A DNA stretch of 62,747 bases, counting the filler, from Candidatus Babelota bacterium (GTDB taxonomy: Bacteria > JAGOBX01), in NCBI GenBank assembly GCA_017999075.1. It is 11 parts of 11 records of this genome, joined end to end, with 100 filler letters (N's around TTAATTAATTAA, not from the genome) between each part and the next. Parts side by side here need not be neighbours in the genome. Positions count along the whole stretch, not along the records: positions 1 to 20,294 come from JAGOBX010000010.1; 10 more parts are not named here. The stretch is one strand, 5' to 3'. Below, in pieces: positions 12,601-20,394 of the stretch (position 1 is its first letter; each line of letters opens with the position of its first letter). Under the pieces are notes generated by a model. It was given only the letters and a program-made list of their open reading frames with translations. It was not told the DNA's origin and made no database searches. A program made the translations under genes and the position numbers.

Positions 12601-15600
12601 CGAGAAACAATCTGTAAGAAACCTGGATCTGTCGTGATTAGTAAGCCAGTACACCATCTTGGCTCCGCCGAACTCTGTACCGGAATAAGTATAATTAGTC
12701 ACACAAGCATCTTCCAATGTCTTGGCTCCAAACAAATATTGACTATTCCCAACATTAACACGGTTGCCGTATAAAAAATCTGTTCCATTAGTCCATTTTC
12801 TCATAAAATACCGTTTTATTGCGCCTTGATTTTCTTTTTCATTACTGCCCTGCAAGTCTGTCAATGTATGTGCAAATGCTCCGTCAAGTCGTCCTTTAGC
12901 AAGATACCATCTGGATTCCCAAGGTCCGTCATTCCACAAAATTATCTCGCCTATAGTTAAAAATTCAGGATTATGTTTTTTTAATTCTGTGTTGAACCAT
13001 CCCCAGAATCCCGGGGGATCAAACTGGTCTGCATCACGTTCTCCAAAAAAAGTAGCAACATCAAATCTCATACCATCAAGTCCTTTGTCAGACCAGTATT
13101 TTGCCTGTTCTAACAAATATGCATTCAATTCTCCATTTTGATGATTTACCGGAAGTAATCCAAATGATTCATAATTATTATAATACTGGCTTCCAAACCA
13201 GTGTATATCAAACCAGCCTCTATTTATATAATAATCATTATATGAACCATCAATGTTTTTAAATAACGGATGGTTCCAAGACCAGTATGCAGGATGATCA
13301 AGCATTATTTTAATATTATTTTTATGCGCCACTTCTATCAATTCGCTCATTGCAGTCCAGCCGCCAACGCCTTTTCTTACATCAAACAAATCTACAGGGT
13401 CAAATCCGAGCCATCCTGAATTATCTGGAAGAGTCGTGTCAGGTTCATTGCATGGATATATAGGACTCAAATATAAGCAATTTACTCCTAAATTCTGAAA
13501 ATAATTTTCTTTGATTTTTTTTATAATACCTTGTAAATCTCCGCCTGCTGAAGATATGCCTCCTGTTTGTCCCATTGTGTTGTTAGTTTTTTCTCCATCA
13601 ACAAATTGCGGAACTAACACATTATATATTATAGCATCATTAGCCCATGATGTTTTTCCACTCGGATCAAATGATTGAGTTATTGTCAAAGCAATTGTAG
13701 AATCAATTGAATTAAATCCTGATTGGCGGGGTTCAGAATAAGTCAATGTCAAATTTCCTGACGAAGTAAAATATAAAGTGGCTGTATATTCTCCTTTTGA
13801 TAATGTTATTGTAGTAGGATTAACGCTGCCGTTTGAAGAAGACAAACTCAATGTTCCGTTATACCCTGTTAATATTTCTCCTTTTCCATTTTTAGCAGTA
13901 AACTTTATTTTTTCAGGAGAAGTGGAAATCAGTTCCGAACTTACTTGAGCCAATAATAAATCATTTGAACTGTTGAATACTGCTGTATCCGTCAATTCAT
14001 TAAATACATAAAAATCCGTTATGGTTAGAGGACTTGAAACAGATAAGTCTCCTATACTGTTTGTAGCGGGAAAAGCCCTCCATACATAACTGCTCGTTCC
14101 ATTATTAAATATTACAGCCATTCCTATATTAACCTGATTGGAACTTGATAATATAATTGTTTTTGGAATTCTTAACAAAGATTCAGTTGTTCCTGCATAA
14201 TATAAACATGTATCTATATTTATTGCTCCTGACAGATTATAATTAGCATCAACTTTATCTAACAATAATTTACGATTAATGCCTCTAAATGATACTGCGG
14301 CTTCAGGTAAAAATGCTCCATTAAATCTTAAATTGTAATATGGAGTCAATAGGCAATTTGCGCCAGAAGCAGAACCAGGCGTATTGTCAAAAATTATAAA
14401 TATACTGTCAGTAGACATATCAACGCCTTTAAAACCGAAATAAAAATATGAATTATCCCAATCAACATATAATTTATGGGTATTAGTTGAATTATATTCA
14501 ACCAAATTATTTTCTGAAAATTCAGATAAATTTCCTGATAAAATATTTATTTCATCATAATAAATATAAAATGTGCCGGCATCAGATATCATACCGTTTT
14601 CATTTTTGATATAAACAAATATTTTGTTGTTACCAGTAACAAATGTAAATCCTGACGGAATCTGCCAGTTTGTCGAATAATAAGGATATGATACATTGGC
14701 GAAAATATATTTCGTATCAGTTCCAGTTTCATTAGTAATCCATGCATCAGTAATTTTTGAACTTGTATCGTAAAAATCTATATTTATTATATTTCCCATA
14801 TCTGCCTGCGAAGAATGAAACACATAACTATCATCATTTACTATTATATACGGTTTACTTATTCCTTTATAAAAAGTATATGTTAATGTCTTCAAAATTC
14901 CCGAATCATTGTAAACATGAAAAATAATATAATGCTGTATTGGAGCGTCTGCAATATTATTCCACGAATCTGCCGTAAAATTAAATTGAACATTCAATAT
15001 TGTATCATTTGAATTCTGAAATAAATAATTTGCATTTCCTTGAATTACAGTAGTATCTATCAATAAAAAACAAGAATCTAAGCCTGATGTGGCTTCACAG
15101 TTTAATGTCAAATTCCAAATATATGTATCATATCCTGAACCTGATGTCTTGCCTGTAGTCGAAACATTAAAAACTTCTCCTCCTATACGTACTTCTGTTT
15201 CTCCAAAAATATTATTATCTGATAATGACCTTACAGCCGCTTTGTAATATCCGGGTTCTCCTGATAATATATATGTTTGTATAGAACCTGTATTCGAATT
15301 CGTTATTGAACCTATAGACTTTGATAATTGAACATATGGGGTCAAAGTTATATTTATGCTGTCAGTAACATTATTTATTAGCCTGTTAAACCCGTCTTTT
15401 GATGAATATGATACTGTAAAAGTTTCATTAGTTTGAAAAAATGAAGGGCTAACCGAAACATCATATTTATAGTGTTTAGCGTAATCAGGAGAAATTGTAT
15501 CGCTTAAATTCGGATAATAATAATAATTAGTTAATGTCACTGAATTATCTGTGTTCGGAGCCGGATTTTGTTTTGGAAAAGAATTGAAAATATTTTTTCC

Positions 15601-18600
15601 AGTTTCCCATTGATGAATAACCACAACAGCCATGGTGTCAGGTTTCCCATAAAATTGATCCCAGCCAATTCTATATTCTGTATTCGAATTTCCAGACCAT
15701 CCTCCATATAATTCCATATTCAGATAAGCCTGAGCCTGCCACACAGTACCATTAAATGCATGAAATTCAAAACCTCCATTTGCCATTGTTCCATTTTCAA
15801 AACATAATACAAACTGAGATTTTACAGGCAAAATATGTGTTCCATATCCGCTCCAGTCTATTGTGGAATTTGTAGCAGAAGGAACAGGATTTGACGTTGA
15901 AAAATATACAAAAACATCTGCTCCTCCAGCATCAGAGGTTAATTCTGTATTGGAATATCCTAAATATAATGAAGTATCGTCCCATGTTAAATAGAAACCT
16001 TTGCTGTTTCGCGTTTCTATCAATTCATCAGTTTGCCAGTCTGAAAGTGAACCATCAACGGTTATTGCTTCTTTCTTTACTGTTATATAATTTGAAACAT
16101 AGTTTCCCGCATAATTTTCACATCTTATCTCAATAAAATTTTCCGAATTATCAGATAAGCTTTCATAACCCTGAGTTATAAACCAGTCAGCAGTATAACT
16201 TGACGATGCGCCCTCAAATACAGTAAACCAGTTTGAACCGATTCTGTATTTTATTTTTTTTATCAAACTCGATGTGTCGCTAAAATCAACATTGATTTTT
16301 ACTGAATTAGATTTCATTACATAATATGAATCATTCAATATTATCATTGGAACATTAGTGTCATATACAACATATATAACTCCTGTATTGACTCCATTCC
16401 CAACTTTTACAGTGTTATTTTTTACAGACAAATTTAAAATATATGACCAGGTATCATTTCCATCTGAATCTTTATTTACAAGAGTTTCATTCAATAAAAT
16501 ATATACACTGTCTCCAGTTTTATTAACTCCAGTTATAACTAAATTCGAAACACTCACGTAAGAAGTTTCATTGTTGTTAACAGGCGATACTATTGTAGGA
16601 GTATCTTGAGTCTGTATATAATAACTGAATGGGATAACATCTAATTCACTTGTTTTCCTTCCATTTAAACCAAGATACGTCGCAGGTTTTGAGTCCTGAA
16701 CTATTTTAAAAATATATTTAATAGTTAATCCTGATACTTTCGGAGTCATATAACCAATCCAAACATCAGAGTTAACAAGCCCGGTATCTCCTTCCCAAAC
16801 AAAAGAAATATTCGAACTTGAAGTTGTAGGAAACGTCCCGTCAGTAGTGTAATATGCAGTAATATTCCCGCCAGATTGTTTATTGGTAATCAATCTTAAA
16901 GATACGTAATCCGAATATGATATTGCCGGATACGGATAAATATACGGCTTAGTTCCATCGTTGTATCCTGAAACATTTTGATTTTGAATATGAACAGCAT
17001 TAATCATTTTTCCTGTCTGAGGAGAAACAGTATCAGCAAAATTTTCAAAATAATAATAATCTGTTAATGTAACATTAGTCAAACCTGACGCTGGATTTCC
17101 GGACGGATAAGAATTATATATATTGCTTGAACCATCGTATTGATGTATTGCTGTTACCTTCATCCATGATGGTTTACCTCCGATTGAACTCCAATTTATT
17201 CTGAATTCAGTAACTTTGTTTCCTGCCCAGCCCCCATATATTTCGGCATTTACAGAATTTCCAGCAGCTTGCCATGTTCCGTTTATATTTTTTTGAAACC
17301 TGTCATTAACCCAGTCCCCATCTTCAGCACATAAAACATAATTTGCTCCAAATGGCAATGTATGAGTTCCACCACCACCCCAATTTATTGTTGTTCTGCT
17401 GCTGTCATTTTGAGAGGAAGTTGATACCTGTAAATATACAAACAAATCCGCGGTTCCTAAATCAACATCAGTTCCCGAATATGCTAAATATAAAGAAGTA
17501 TCATCCCATGCAACATAAAATGAATTATTCAATCTCGTTTCCAGCAATTCATCTGTCTGAAAATCAGTTACAGAACCATTTACATATATAGTCTCAACCG
17601 CTACATTAATTGCAGCTGAAGAATAATTAGAATAATTATCTATTGCTGTTACAAACAATTTATTATTACCGCGCTGTAAATACTGAAAAATCGATGAACC
17701 AATCTCCCAGTTTGCTGTATATGTTGTTCCTATTGAACTTAATACAGATTCAGTGTTTGTCCCGTTTGACAAATATACAGTTTCTATTCCCGTATTATCA
17801 GTAAAATCTATATCTATCAATTTTCCATATACTGACGAACTAATAGATTTTATTGTATAACTGTCATCGTTGACTGTTATTACTGGAGGCTGGTTGTCAG
17901 CCGAAGTTATTATAAATGTGTCTACTGACGAATATGATCCCCAGTTTCCAAACACATCTTTACCTCTTATTTTTATATACCATGTATCTTGACTTAAATA
18001 TCCTGTGTCCGGTATTGTAAGAGCAGATACTGTGCTGTAATACGTATCCGCATTTGAAAAGCCTGAATTTGTATCTATTAGTATTTCATATAAACTTATT
18101 CCGAATGAATCTGTAAAATCACTGAAATCAATTGCAGGAGTGCTGTCAACCATATCCATTATGTTTACGGACGATGGCATTGGCCCCATTGTATCGCTGA
18201 ACACATAAATTTTTGATGTTTCAGAATATGTTGATGTACTGGAATTATATTGTAAAACCGAAATCGTGTTCGTGTTGTTTGCAATCAAATTGTTTACTGA
18301 CAAACTCCATGCCGTATTCCCATCAGTATCACTGCTGACCTGTACTCCGTTCAAATATAAATATACTGTGCATCCGTTTGTATTTGTTCCTGTTAATGTT
18401 ACTGATGACGAAGACGTATCGTACCCGTTGTTTTCCGACACAGGATTTACTACTGTTACTTTTGGTAAAGATGTCACTTCATATTTAAAATCATCCAGAT
18501 TATTTTCATTATCTGCTACTACCCAATTCCCGTAATTTACAGCGTTTCCCACAAAACCGCCCAATGTTCTTCCTGACAAATATACTGTGTTCCCTCCATC

Positions 18601-20292
18601 TCCGCATTCAAACCTGTAATACAAATTACCTGTATCGCTTCTTCCAGGCAGCGCAGTTGACCAATAATCATAATCTCCGAAAGAAAACTGTTTTGTCAAA
18701 TTGTATTTATATTCAGCTCCCCACCATACCCGGCAAACTACTCCTGTCAAATCATTTTTATATGATCTCACAGTTACTGTGCACGCCTGATTTGTCATTA
18801 CTGAAGCTGCATATAAATAATTGTAGCTCTGGACTGTAACCTGAACTAATGTGTCATGTTTCAATCCTGACCATTCTACATTACCGTTAGCTGAAGCTGT
18901 CATTGTAAAAGAATCGTTTCCTGATGTCCAATTACTCCAGTCTCTTCCGTCTGAAACTCTGACACGCCAGTAAACTCCGCCTCGTATATTTCCTAAATCA
19001 GTATCATAATTAGTTGAACTTGTTGCCGCAGCATATGATGCAAGCGGACTTGTGAAAATTGATGTTGTTGAATATTCTATATTTACGTATTGCTGGGCAT
19101 TACTTGCATTCGAATCGCTGAATGTCCATTTGAATCTTACTATTCCGCTTGTCTCACAGTTTACCGGAGTATCTATATATACAACAGGCGCTATGTTAGG
19201 AGATAATGGCGGAATTGTATCATATAATGAAGAAAAATATATTGAATCGCTTTGTAATGCAGACGCGCCTTCTGTGTTTGATACAGGTAACGTGGCCCAT
19301 GTCCAGCCATTTGCGCCATCTCCTGTAGGATCAACTATCCACATACACAATCCTAACCTGTCAGACGGTTCAAAATCTGTTCCGAATATTGAACGTGGTA
19401 TTATTATTTCTGTAAATTTATGGGATGCATCCCACGACAAATATGTGCGTACTGTATCTGATAAATTTGTCCAGCTCCATTCAGTTCCTGTCCATCTTAT
19501 CAATGAATGTTCCCATTCATTTCCTATATTATTTCTTATGCGGATACAATATTCCGGTTTAAAACTTCCTGTAAACCTTGTTCTTCCAGCTTGATCACCG
19601 GGATTTGTAAAACTGTCTCCACCTGAACCGTTAAACGTAGAATCAAATCCAAACCAGATAACCTGTTTATTATCAACTCCAGAATATAATTCAACATTAT
19701 CTATTCCTGCATAAAAAGATGTATCGTCCCAACTGAAATAAAATACTACATTGTCTCCTTCTGTCAAATCAGTATCTATTACTTCATCTGACTGCCAGTC
19801 TGATGAAACACCGTCTAAACTCATTGTCTCGCATCTTATATTTATATATGAATTTGAAGAATTCCCTGCATTATCTATTACTGTTAAATTTATTCTATTG
19901 TTAGAATTCCTCGTTAACGAATTATATATTGAAACTGGCATATTCCAGTTTTCTGTTATGCTCGTTACTCCGCCGCTATGTAAAACTTCCGTGTTTGCAT
20001 TTAAATTAATATATACCGTATCTATTCCCGTATTATCGCTGAAATCTGCATCAAACGATTTTCCGATATAATTTACTCCCTCGGATTTTATTGTATAACT
20101 GTCATCGTTGACTGTTATTACCGGAGGCTGGTTGTCAGCCGAAGTTATTATAAATGTGTCTATTGAAGAATATGATCCCCAGTTTCCAAACACATCTTTA
20201 CCTCTTATTTTTATATACCATGTATCTTGACTTAAATATCCTGTGTCCGGTATTGTAAGAGCAGATACTGTGCTGTAATACGTATCCGCATT
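3697..20292 (-). CDS. Giant multidomain alpha-amylase-family (2x GH13) protein, >=5,531 aa, 5'-truncated at contig end
   Basis: The frame stays open upstream of the track's GTG (20193) to the contig break at 20294 (NADTYYSTVSALT...). Two GH13 barrels: about 12055-13650 (GMRFDVA / IGEII / NHD) and about 5825-7233 (FFRVDNP / FGEVP / NHD). Also a CBM34-like domain, about 8 DOMON-like modules, Ig-like modules, 2 CBM20-like domains and 4 C-terminal FN3 domains. Confidence 0.9.
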   Translation of the reverse strand, partial: NADTYYSTVSALTIPDTGYLSQDTWYIKIRGKDVFGNWGSYSSIDTFIITSADNQPPVITVNDDSYTIKSEGVNYIGKSFDADFSDNTGIDTVYINLNANTEVLHSGGVTSITENWNMPVSIYNSLTRNSNNRINLTVIDNAGNSSNSYINIRCETMSLDGVSSDWQSDEVIDTDLTEGDNVVFYFSWDDTSFYAGIDNVELYSGVDNKQVIWFGFDSTFNGSGGDSFTNPGDQAGRTRFTGSFKPEYCIRIRNNIGNEWEHSLIRWTGTEWSWTNLSDTVRTYLSWDASHKFTEIIIPRSIFGTDFEPSDRLGLCMWIVDPTGDGANGWTWATLPVSNTEGASALQSDSIYFSSLYDTIPPLSPNIAPVVYIDTPVNCETSGIVRFKWTFSDSNASNAQQYVNIEYSTTSIFTSPLASYAAATSSTNYDTDLGNIRGGVYWRVRVSDGRDWSNWTSGNDSFTMTASANGNVEWSGLKHDTLVQVTVQSYNYLYAASVMTNQACTVTVRSYKNDLTGVVCRVWWGAEYKYNLTKQFSFGDYDYWSTALPGRSDTGNLYYRFECGDGGNTVYLSGRTLGGFVGNAVNYGNWVVADNENNLDDFKYEVTSLPKVTVVNPVSENNGYDTSSSSVTLTGTNTNGCTVYLYLNGVQVSSDTDGNTAWSLSVNNLIANNTNTISVLQYNSSTSTYSETSKIYVFSDTMGPMPSSVNIMDMVDSTPAIDFSDFTDSFGISLYEILIDTNSGFSNADTYYSTVSALTIPDTGYLSQDTWYIKIRGKDVFGNWGSYSSVDTFIITSADNQPPVITVNDDSYTIKSISSSVYGKLIDIDFTDNTGIETVYLSNGTNTESVLSSIGTTYTANWEIGSSIFQYLQRGNNKLFVTAIDNYSNYSSAAINVAVETIYVNGSVTDFQTDELLETRLNNSFYVAWDDTSLYLAYSGTDVDLGTADLFVYLQVSTSSQNDSSRTTINWGGGGTHTLPFGANYVLCAEDGDWVNDRFQKNINGTWQAAGNSVNAEIYGGWAGNKVTEFRINWSSIGGKPSWMKVTAIHQYDGSSNIYNSYPSGNPASGLTNVTLTDYYYFENFADTVSPQTGKMINAVHIQNQNVSGYNDGTKPYIYPYPAISYSDYVSLRLITNKQSGGNITAYYTTDGTFPTTSSSNISFVWEGDTGLVNSDVWIGYMTPKVSGLTIKYIFKIVQDSKPATYLGLNGRKTSELDVIPFSYYIQTQDTPTIVSPVNNNETSYVSVSNLVITGVNKTGDSVYILLNETLVNKDSDGNDTWSYILNLSVKNNTVKVGNGVNTGVIYVVYDTNVPMIILNDSYYVMKSNSVKINVDFSDTSSLIKKIKYRIGSNWFTVFEGASSSYTADWFITQGYESLSDNSENFIEIRCENYAGNYVSNYITVKKEAITVDGSLSDWQTDELIETRNSKGFYLTWDDTSLYLGYSNTELTSDAGGADVFVYFSTSNPVPSATNSTIDWSGYGTHILPVKSQFVLCFENGTMANGGFEFHAFNGTVWQAQAYLNMELYGGWSGNSNTEYRIGWDQFYGKPDTMAVVVIHQWETGKNIFNSFPKQNPAPNTDNSVTLTNYYYYPNLSDTISPDYAKHYKYDVSVSPSFFQTNETFTVSYSSKDGFNRLINNVTDSINITLTPYVQLSKSIGSITNSNTGSIQTYILSGEPGYYKAAVRSLSDNNIFGETEVRIGGEVFNVSTTGKTSGSGYDTYIWNLTLNCEATSGLDSCFLLIDTTVIQGNANYLFQNSNDTILNVQFNFTADSWNNIADAPIQHYIIFHVYNDSGILKTLTYTFYKGISKPYIIVNDDSYVFHSSQADMGNIINIDFYDTSSKITDAWITNETGTDTKYIFANVSYPYYSTNWQIPSGFTFVTGNNKIFVYIKNENGMISDAGTFYIYYDEINILSGNLSEFSENNLVEYNSTNTHKLYVDWDNSYFYFGFKGVDMSTDSIFIIFDNTPGSASGANCLLTPYYNLRFNGAFLPEAAVSFRGINRKLLLDKVDANYNLSGAINIDTCLYYAGTTESLLRIPKTIILSSSNQVNIGMAVIFNNGTSSYVWRAFPATNSIGDLSVSSPLTITDFYVFNELTDTAVFNSSNDLLLAQVSSELISTSPEKIKFTAKNGKGEILTGYNGTLSLSSSNGSVNPTTITLSKGEYTATLYFTSSGNLTLTYSEPRQSGFNSIDSTIALTITQSFDPSGKTSWANDAIIYNVLVPQFVDGEKTNNTMGQTGGISSAGGDLQGIIKKIKENYFQNLGVNCLYLSPIYPCNEPDTTLPDNSGWLGFDPVDLFDVRKGVGGWTAMSELIEVAHKNNIKIMLDHPAYWSWNHPLFKNIDGSYNDYYINRGWFDIHWFGSQYYNNYESFGLLPVNHQNGELNAYLLEQAKYWSDKGLDGMRFDVATFFGERDADQFDPPGFWGWFNTELKKHNPEFLTIGEIILWNDGPWESRWYLAKGRLDGAFAHTLTDLQGSNEKENQGAIKRYFMRKWTNGTDFLYGNRVNVGNSQYLFGAKTLEDACVTNYTYSGTEFGGAKMVYWLTNHDRSRFLTDCFSINSDAVGAFRGAMTFGWAWTQIPMVYNGDEIGMYGTASGRPNYDDGGQRASYENFLNNYYTESIGGNINKMYKLMGFLRRYYKSLRTGSIEYLYNGEYSEPMAFVRKGNAGETNVLYVWNNNASEQKTINIPVGSFAANGDIFQNVFLTNDASYVDTSSYTVSAGILNLTLQPHQAMILIHKGHNKIISDASFRIKRGDLGFSEAYVQIKSPSCDTFYMMTDVNGYVKFSYFFEDTYTIAVIKDSYNTTYFNIYMRQGDTPVLEDSVFSNSKPNKPALISPVSNQTIDYNNYTLQWTFSDPDAGDRQKQIMIQIDTNIAMSSVIFETTIIMNAYQYSTPFILQDDETYCWRIKVWDSFDSSSEWSDSGIFYVRQFVASINLDGKFVWGEWPANSVLPAYGLIKPDDFRILWDANYIYFGMNKGTVFDNDSVYIFIDTDYYTTNNGINLAASINGIQHNLPFNSDYVLIYNTNSSANAVNLKRWESGSWVTSNFTGSGARYVSGGGVEIRLPRTDLGNPSRMRILFTAVNGTTNWLWGVSPNSNNITYSDAGGITSINLTSYFEYNDVNSILEWNNKIYTKNTENIALSVDTIALPFTPTIDATKDPGWGDSPLIDGTNAGKLPGSLTADDGKVLTEGLCRDVYITNDVNNLYIGWEAVGDHYDKDVDGSEKSANYGFILFTDTYPDGISHDPWGSDNSEGKRTTRVIHYSPDYWITGWISYANNDFGGFYLYGKNGTNWSAGTGLVNGIDYKVSVNGNWGEIKIPLTSLGINVGDKVGVIYYGRHQEKNYGINDIGPYYYDGTAGYPVSDWAGTLSVIDATKAKFYRVQEHTMTTVTHIPSQEPVSGQGLMRQPSVIYSNNNITLILKTINIGSGTPVKLIYSADNWNSQNSLTMVLSYTSGNEKYYQAVIPYFNRLCNVNYYFEIESSIKNYIYGTDTLSYSTTSLNTAKTNAFKFSIINSLPSNPVISISPELPKNSDNIIAAGYGSEDIDSDLLTYIFEWYKNNSLILTETDLIPPYQSVISSDSTNENDVWYCKLSVMDSNSGYSNSIISSAIKITDRWKIDPPVLINSAVLSDSEWIWLDKTNDERTIISQSSNFDINELRLKIDSIKFYFRMSLRDITNNNYPNVSICFDTDLISGNGNSVIGDDGRTYIGNKYVNYKPYWEKQLIIHNYEYDSPVVEWTDGINCGILNTLELSIDTVSNIIEFSADRTELGFTGSGNIIISVALFKNQLGLASEINSTVDLVGIDAIDNISIAGLGNNNNDKYNNYSSYQEDLEDGTADFWVKLPYNSSGFLNNTQPSIPAALSPQQDSIVQIFNAIEFKWNSGTDIDPGDTVTSYLFELSTDTYFNMNSVLYSVNLKSDSLTYILPESLNSLTHYYYRLRSRDCRGTLSDSLIIHFQTAGVPSITVGKPLDINNIDHYSRSQGEQVVEKNINFSWAPAYHSGGWKIKNYVIEISNSENFNLSNIIIADTIYGNDYGCTTYYTIKSSDYYKLTRGKSYFARIKAGDTDTPQNWSNWSVPSDGIYLTLKQIDGNMNDWSSDTSGVWGKNKSYYIGDTYYEAVWSDSTSDQRTDKSPQYEYLDMQELHIAADKYNMYFKLKLTGWSDDHQKYLQIPVSINDNSSNRYFIGRNVSSEDVMTSQAAAWNYLISAVTNTDNGYVKVLNTEYSQIGLGVLKKNVSDKSIEFSVPLEYIGGINSITSASAKFTPVLFWGNNDAVGQWNAGTPNAVDSVDNQPLCWWEVGNQVVEYYLNVRFDSENFVSSISGETTVYTSRPPSGSGYPPFSARSYIFYNVFVDRFWDGYGNNKPMDSSMSGGDFDGLIQKLEYFNEHAITGLYMSPIFDFGGGAWGYNQHDLYKVQGSFVRENWNKFKGWDDYVRLIKEARRRNIRVGIDWVPGQIYGNETSGGTIQKNPKMYFGDRFGGRRILQYLANVRQFYVDHAHHLWGLGTDFFRVDNPKFYPDPLVQGLPFFVYTRNYCDKFAPDLYTFGEVPGDAGECAAFCADGTRLHGMLDFPFAYPTKSWAGGNTSSTNYKSTLEGLASTYGRALMTGFYNNHDHSRTYHDIGGDWTGAYYKSDYAPGNMQTLMMLLAAHVGPPVIFYGDERVMSGGKEVTYPGFASTGSTGEMGVTRQFPWWEYDWYKYKNNPGATGAIDGSVKMAMMAREIMWWMHYDYSSRALYDNDGALIYTRTGDGREVICIINNSDGDKWVHSVPHSGTYYRDWFSLNEYTPGTGNFDVLVPSNYARFLVKDGFSLATLSVNIKDQNGNAIDNAIVSVGNKSCWTRSSGSTGACSIDRIFIEGWEGFHEYNVKVFKQGYKIYNVAWKFYPWLTASGDIILERDDGIPPSPPVGLRGLARGKGAELYWSANTESDFESYYIYRSTTSVPPNKTDFVFETLNPTYMDSNLDDGLNSGDTYYYWVRARDINDNISEPSNMVTVVPHKVKVTFQVDMSSSGLANIENVYIKSNTFELGRNDFNESYKMPDIDPLSELTYVGNGIYEITSEFDPTMTINYLFICKYDGGKWFDEYSFRTFTFENARELKIIDSPDWTQKVVKKWMVSGDVAPQAPINLSAVGKNNSVKLGWSLNKEADVDHYEIWKSVDGTNYYWVTNANKNIINYIDNNVSNGLTYYYKLKAVDKSDNISDYSLSVSVIPTESTDNIAPLKPKNIRAQGNGLGKVLLSWDYNSEGDFAGYNVYRDTVPNFILSQNKKINSVLITPSFFPVYEDVTAVPGIRYYYRITALDDVLNESEGSDSITVKLARLTFKMDIGTINPVNVQYISNIPFIGWNPGVQMTFDTSTTYKFITDLVVGEQILYKYGYNTRSLSERDFITVSKNRELTVPDVLEKIYNDDWQEQPQKVEGFTVLPGNKSAYLYWNKNTSDQDLLGYNVYLQNADGSDSKVNSTVITTAFYKIENLNNGTKYFYFVRPVDSGDLKLEGVNSDVKEVTPRNTVPVIFKN
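17846..18056. repeat. 211-bp intragenic direct repeat, copy 1
   Basis: Matches 20084-20294 with 3 mismatches by eye. Offset is 2238 nt (746 codons), in frame. Confidence 0.95.
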
Positions 20293-20294
20293 TG
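20084..20294. repeat. 211-bp intragenic direct repeat, copy 2 (runs into contig end)
   Basis: Near-identical to 17846-18056. The contig terminates inside the repeat. Confidence 0.95.
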
Positions 20295-20394
20295 NNNNNN
20301 NNNNNNNNNNNNNNNNNNNNNNNNNNNNNNNNNNNNNNTTAATTAATTAANNNNNNNNNNNNNNNNNNNNNNNNNNNNNNNNNNNNNNNNNNNN
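20295..20394. other. Artificial contig spacer (N44-TTAATTAATTAA-N44). Same spacer at 24607-24706, 28916-29015, 33179-33278, 37423-37522, 41661-41760, 45896-45995, 50125-50224, 54341-54440, 58553-58652
   Basis: Identical 100-nt spacers carrying stops in all six frames. Intervening contigs decrease monotonically in length (4212, 4209, 4163, 4144, 4138, 4135, 4129, 4116, 4112). Confidence 0.98.

Noticed and set aside
4879-20071. Many short plus-strand ORFs opposite the giant gene, and similar antisense ORFs elsewhere in the window
   Set aside because: Shadow ORFs of real genes with no recognisable motifs.
20339-20350. Recurring palindrome TTAATTAATTAA at ~4.2-kb intervals
   Set aside because: Artificial six-frame-stop linker between contigs. 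ORF-track proteins ending in X...N or LIN are truncated by it.
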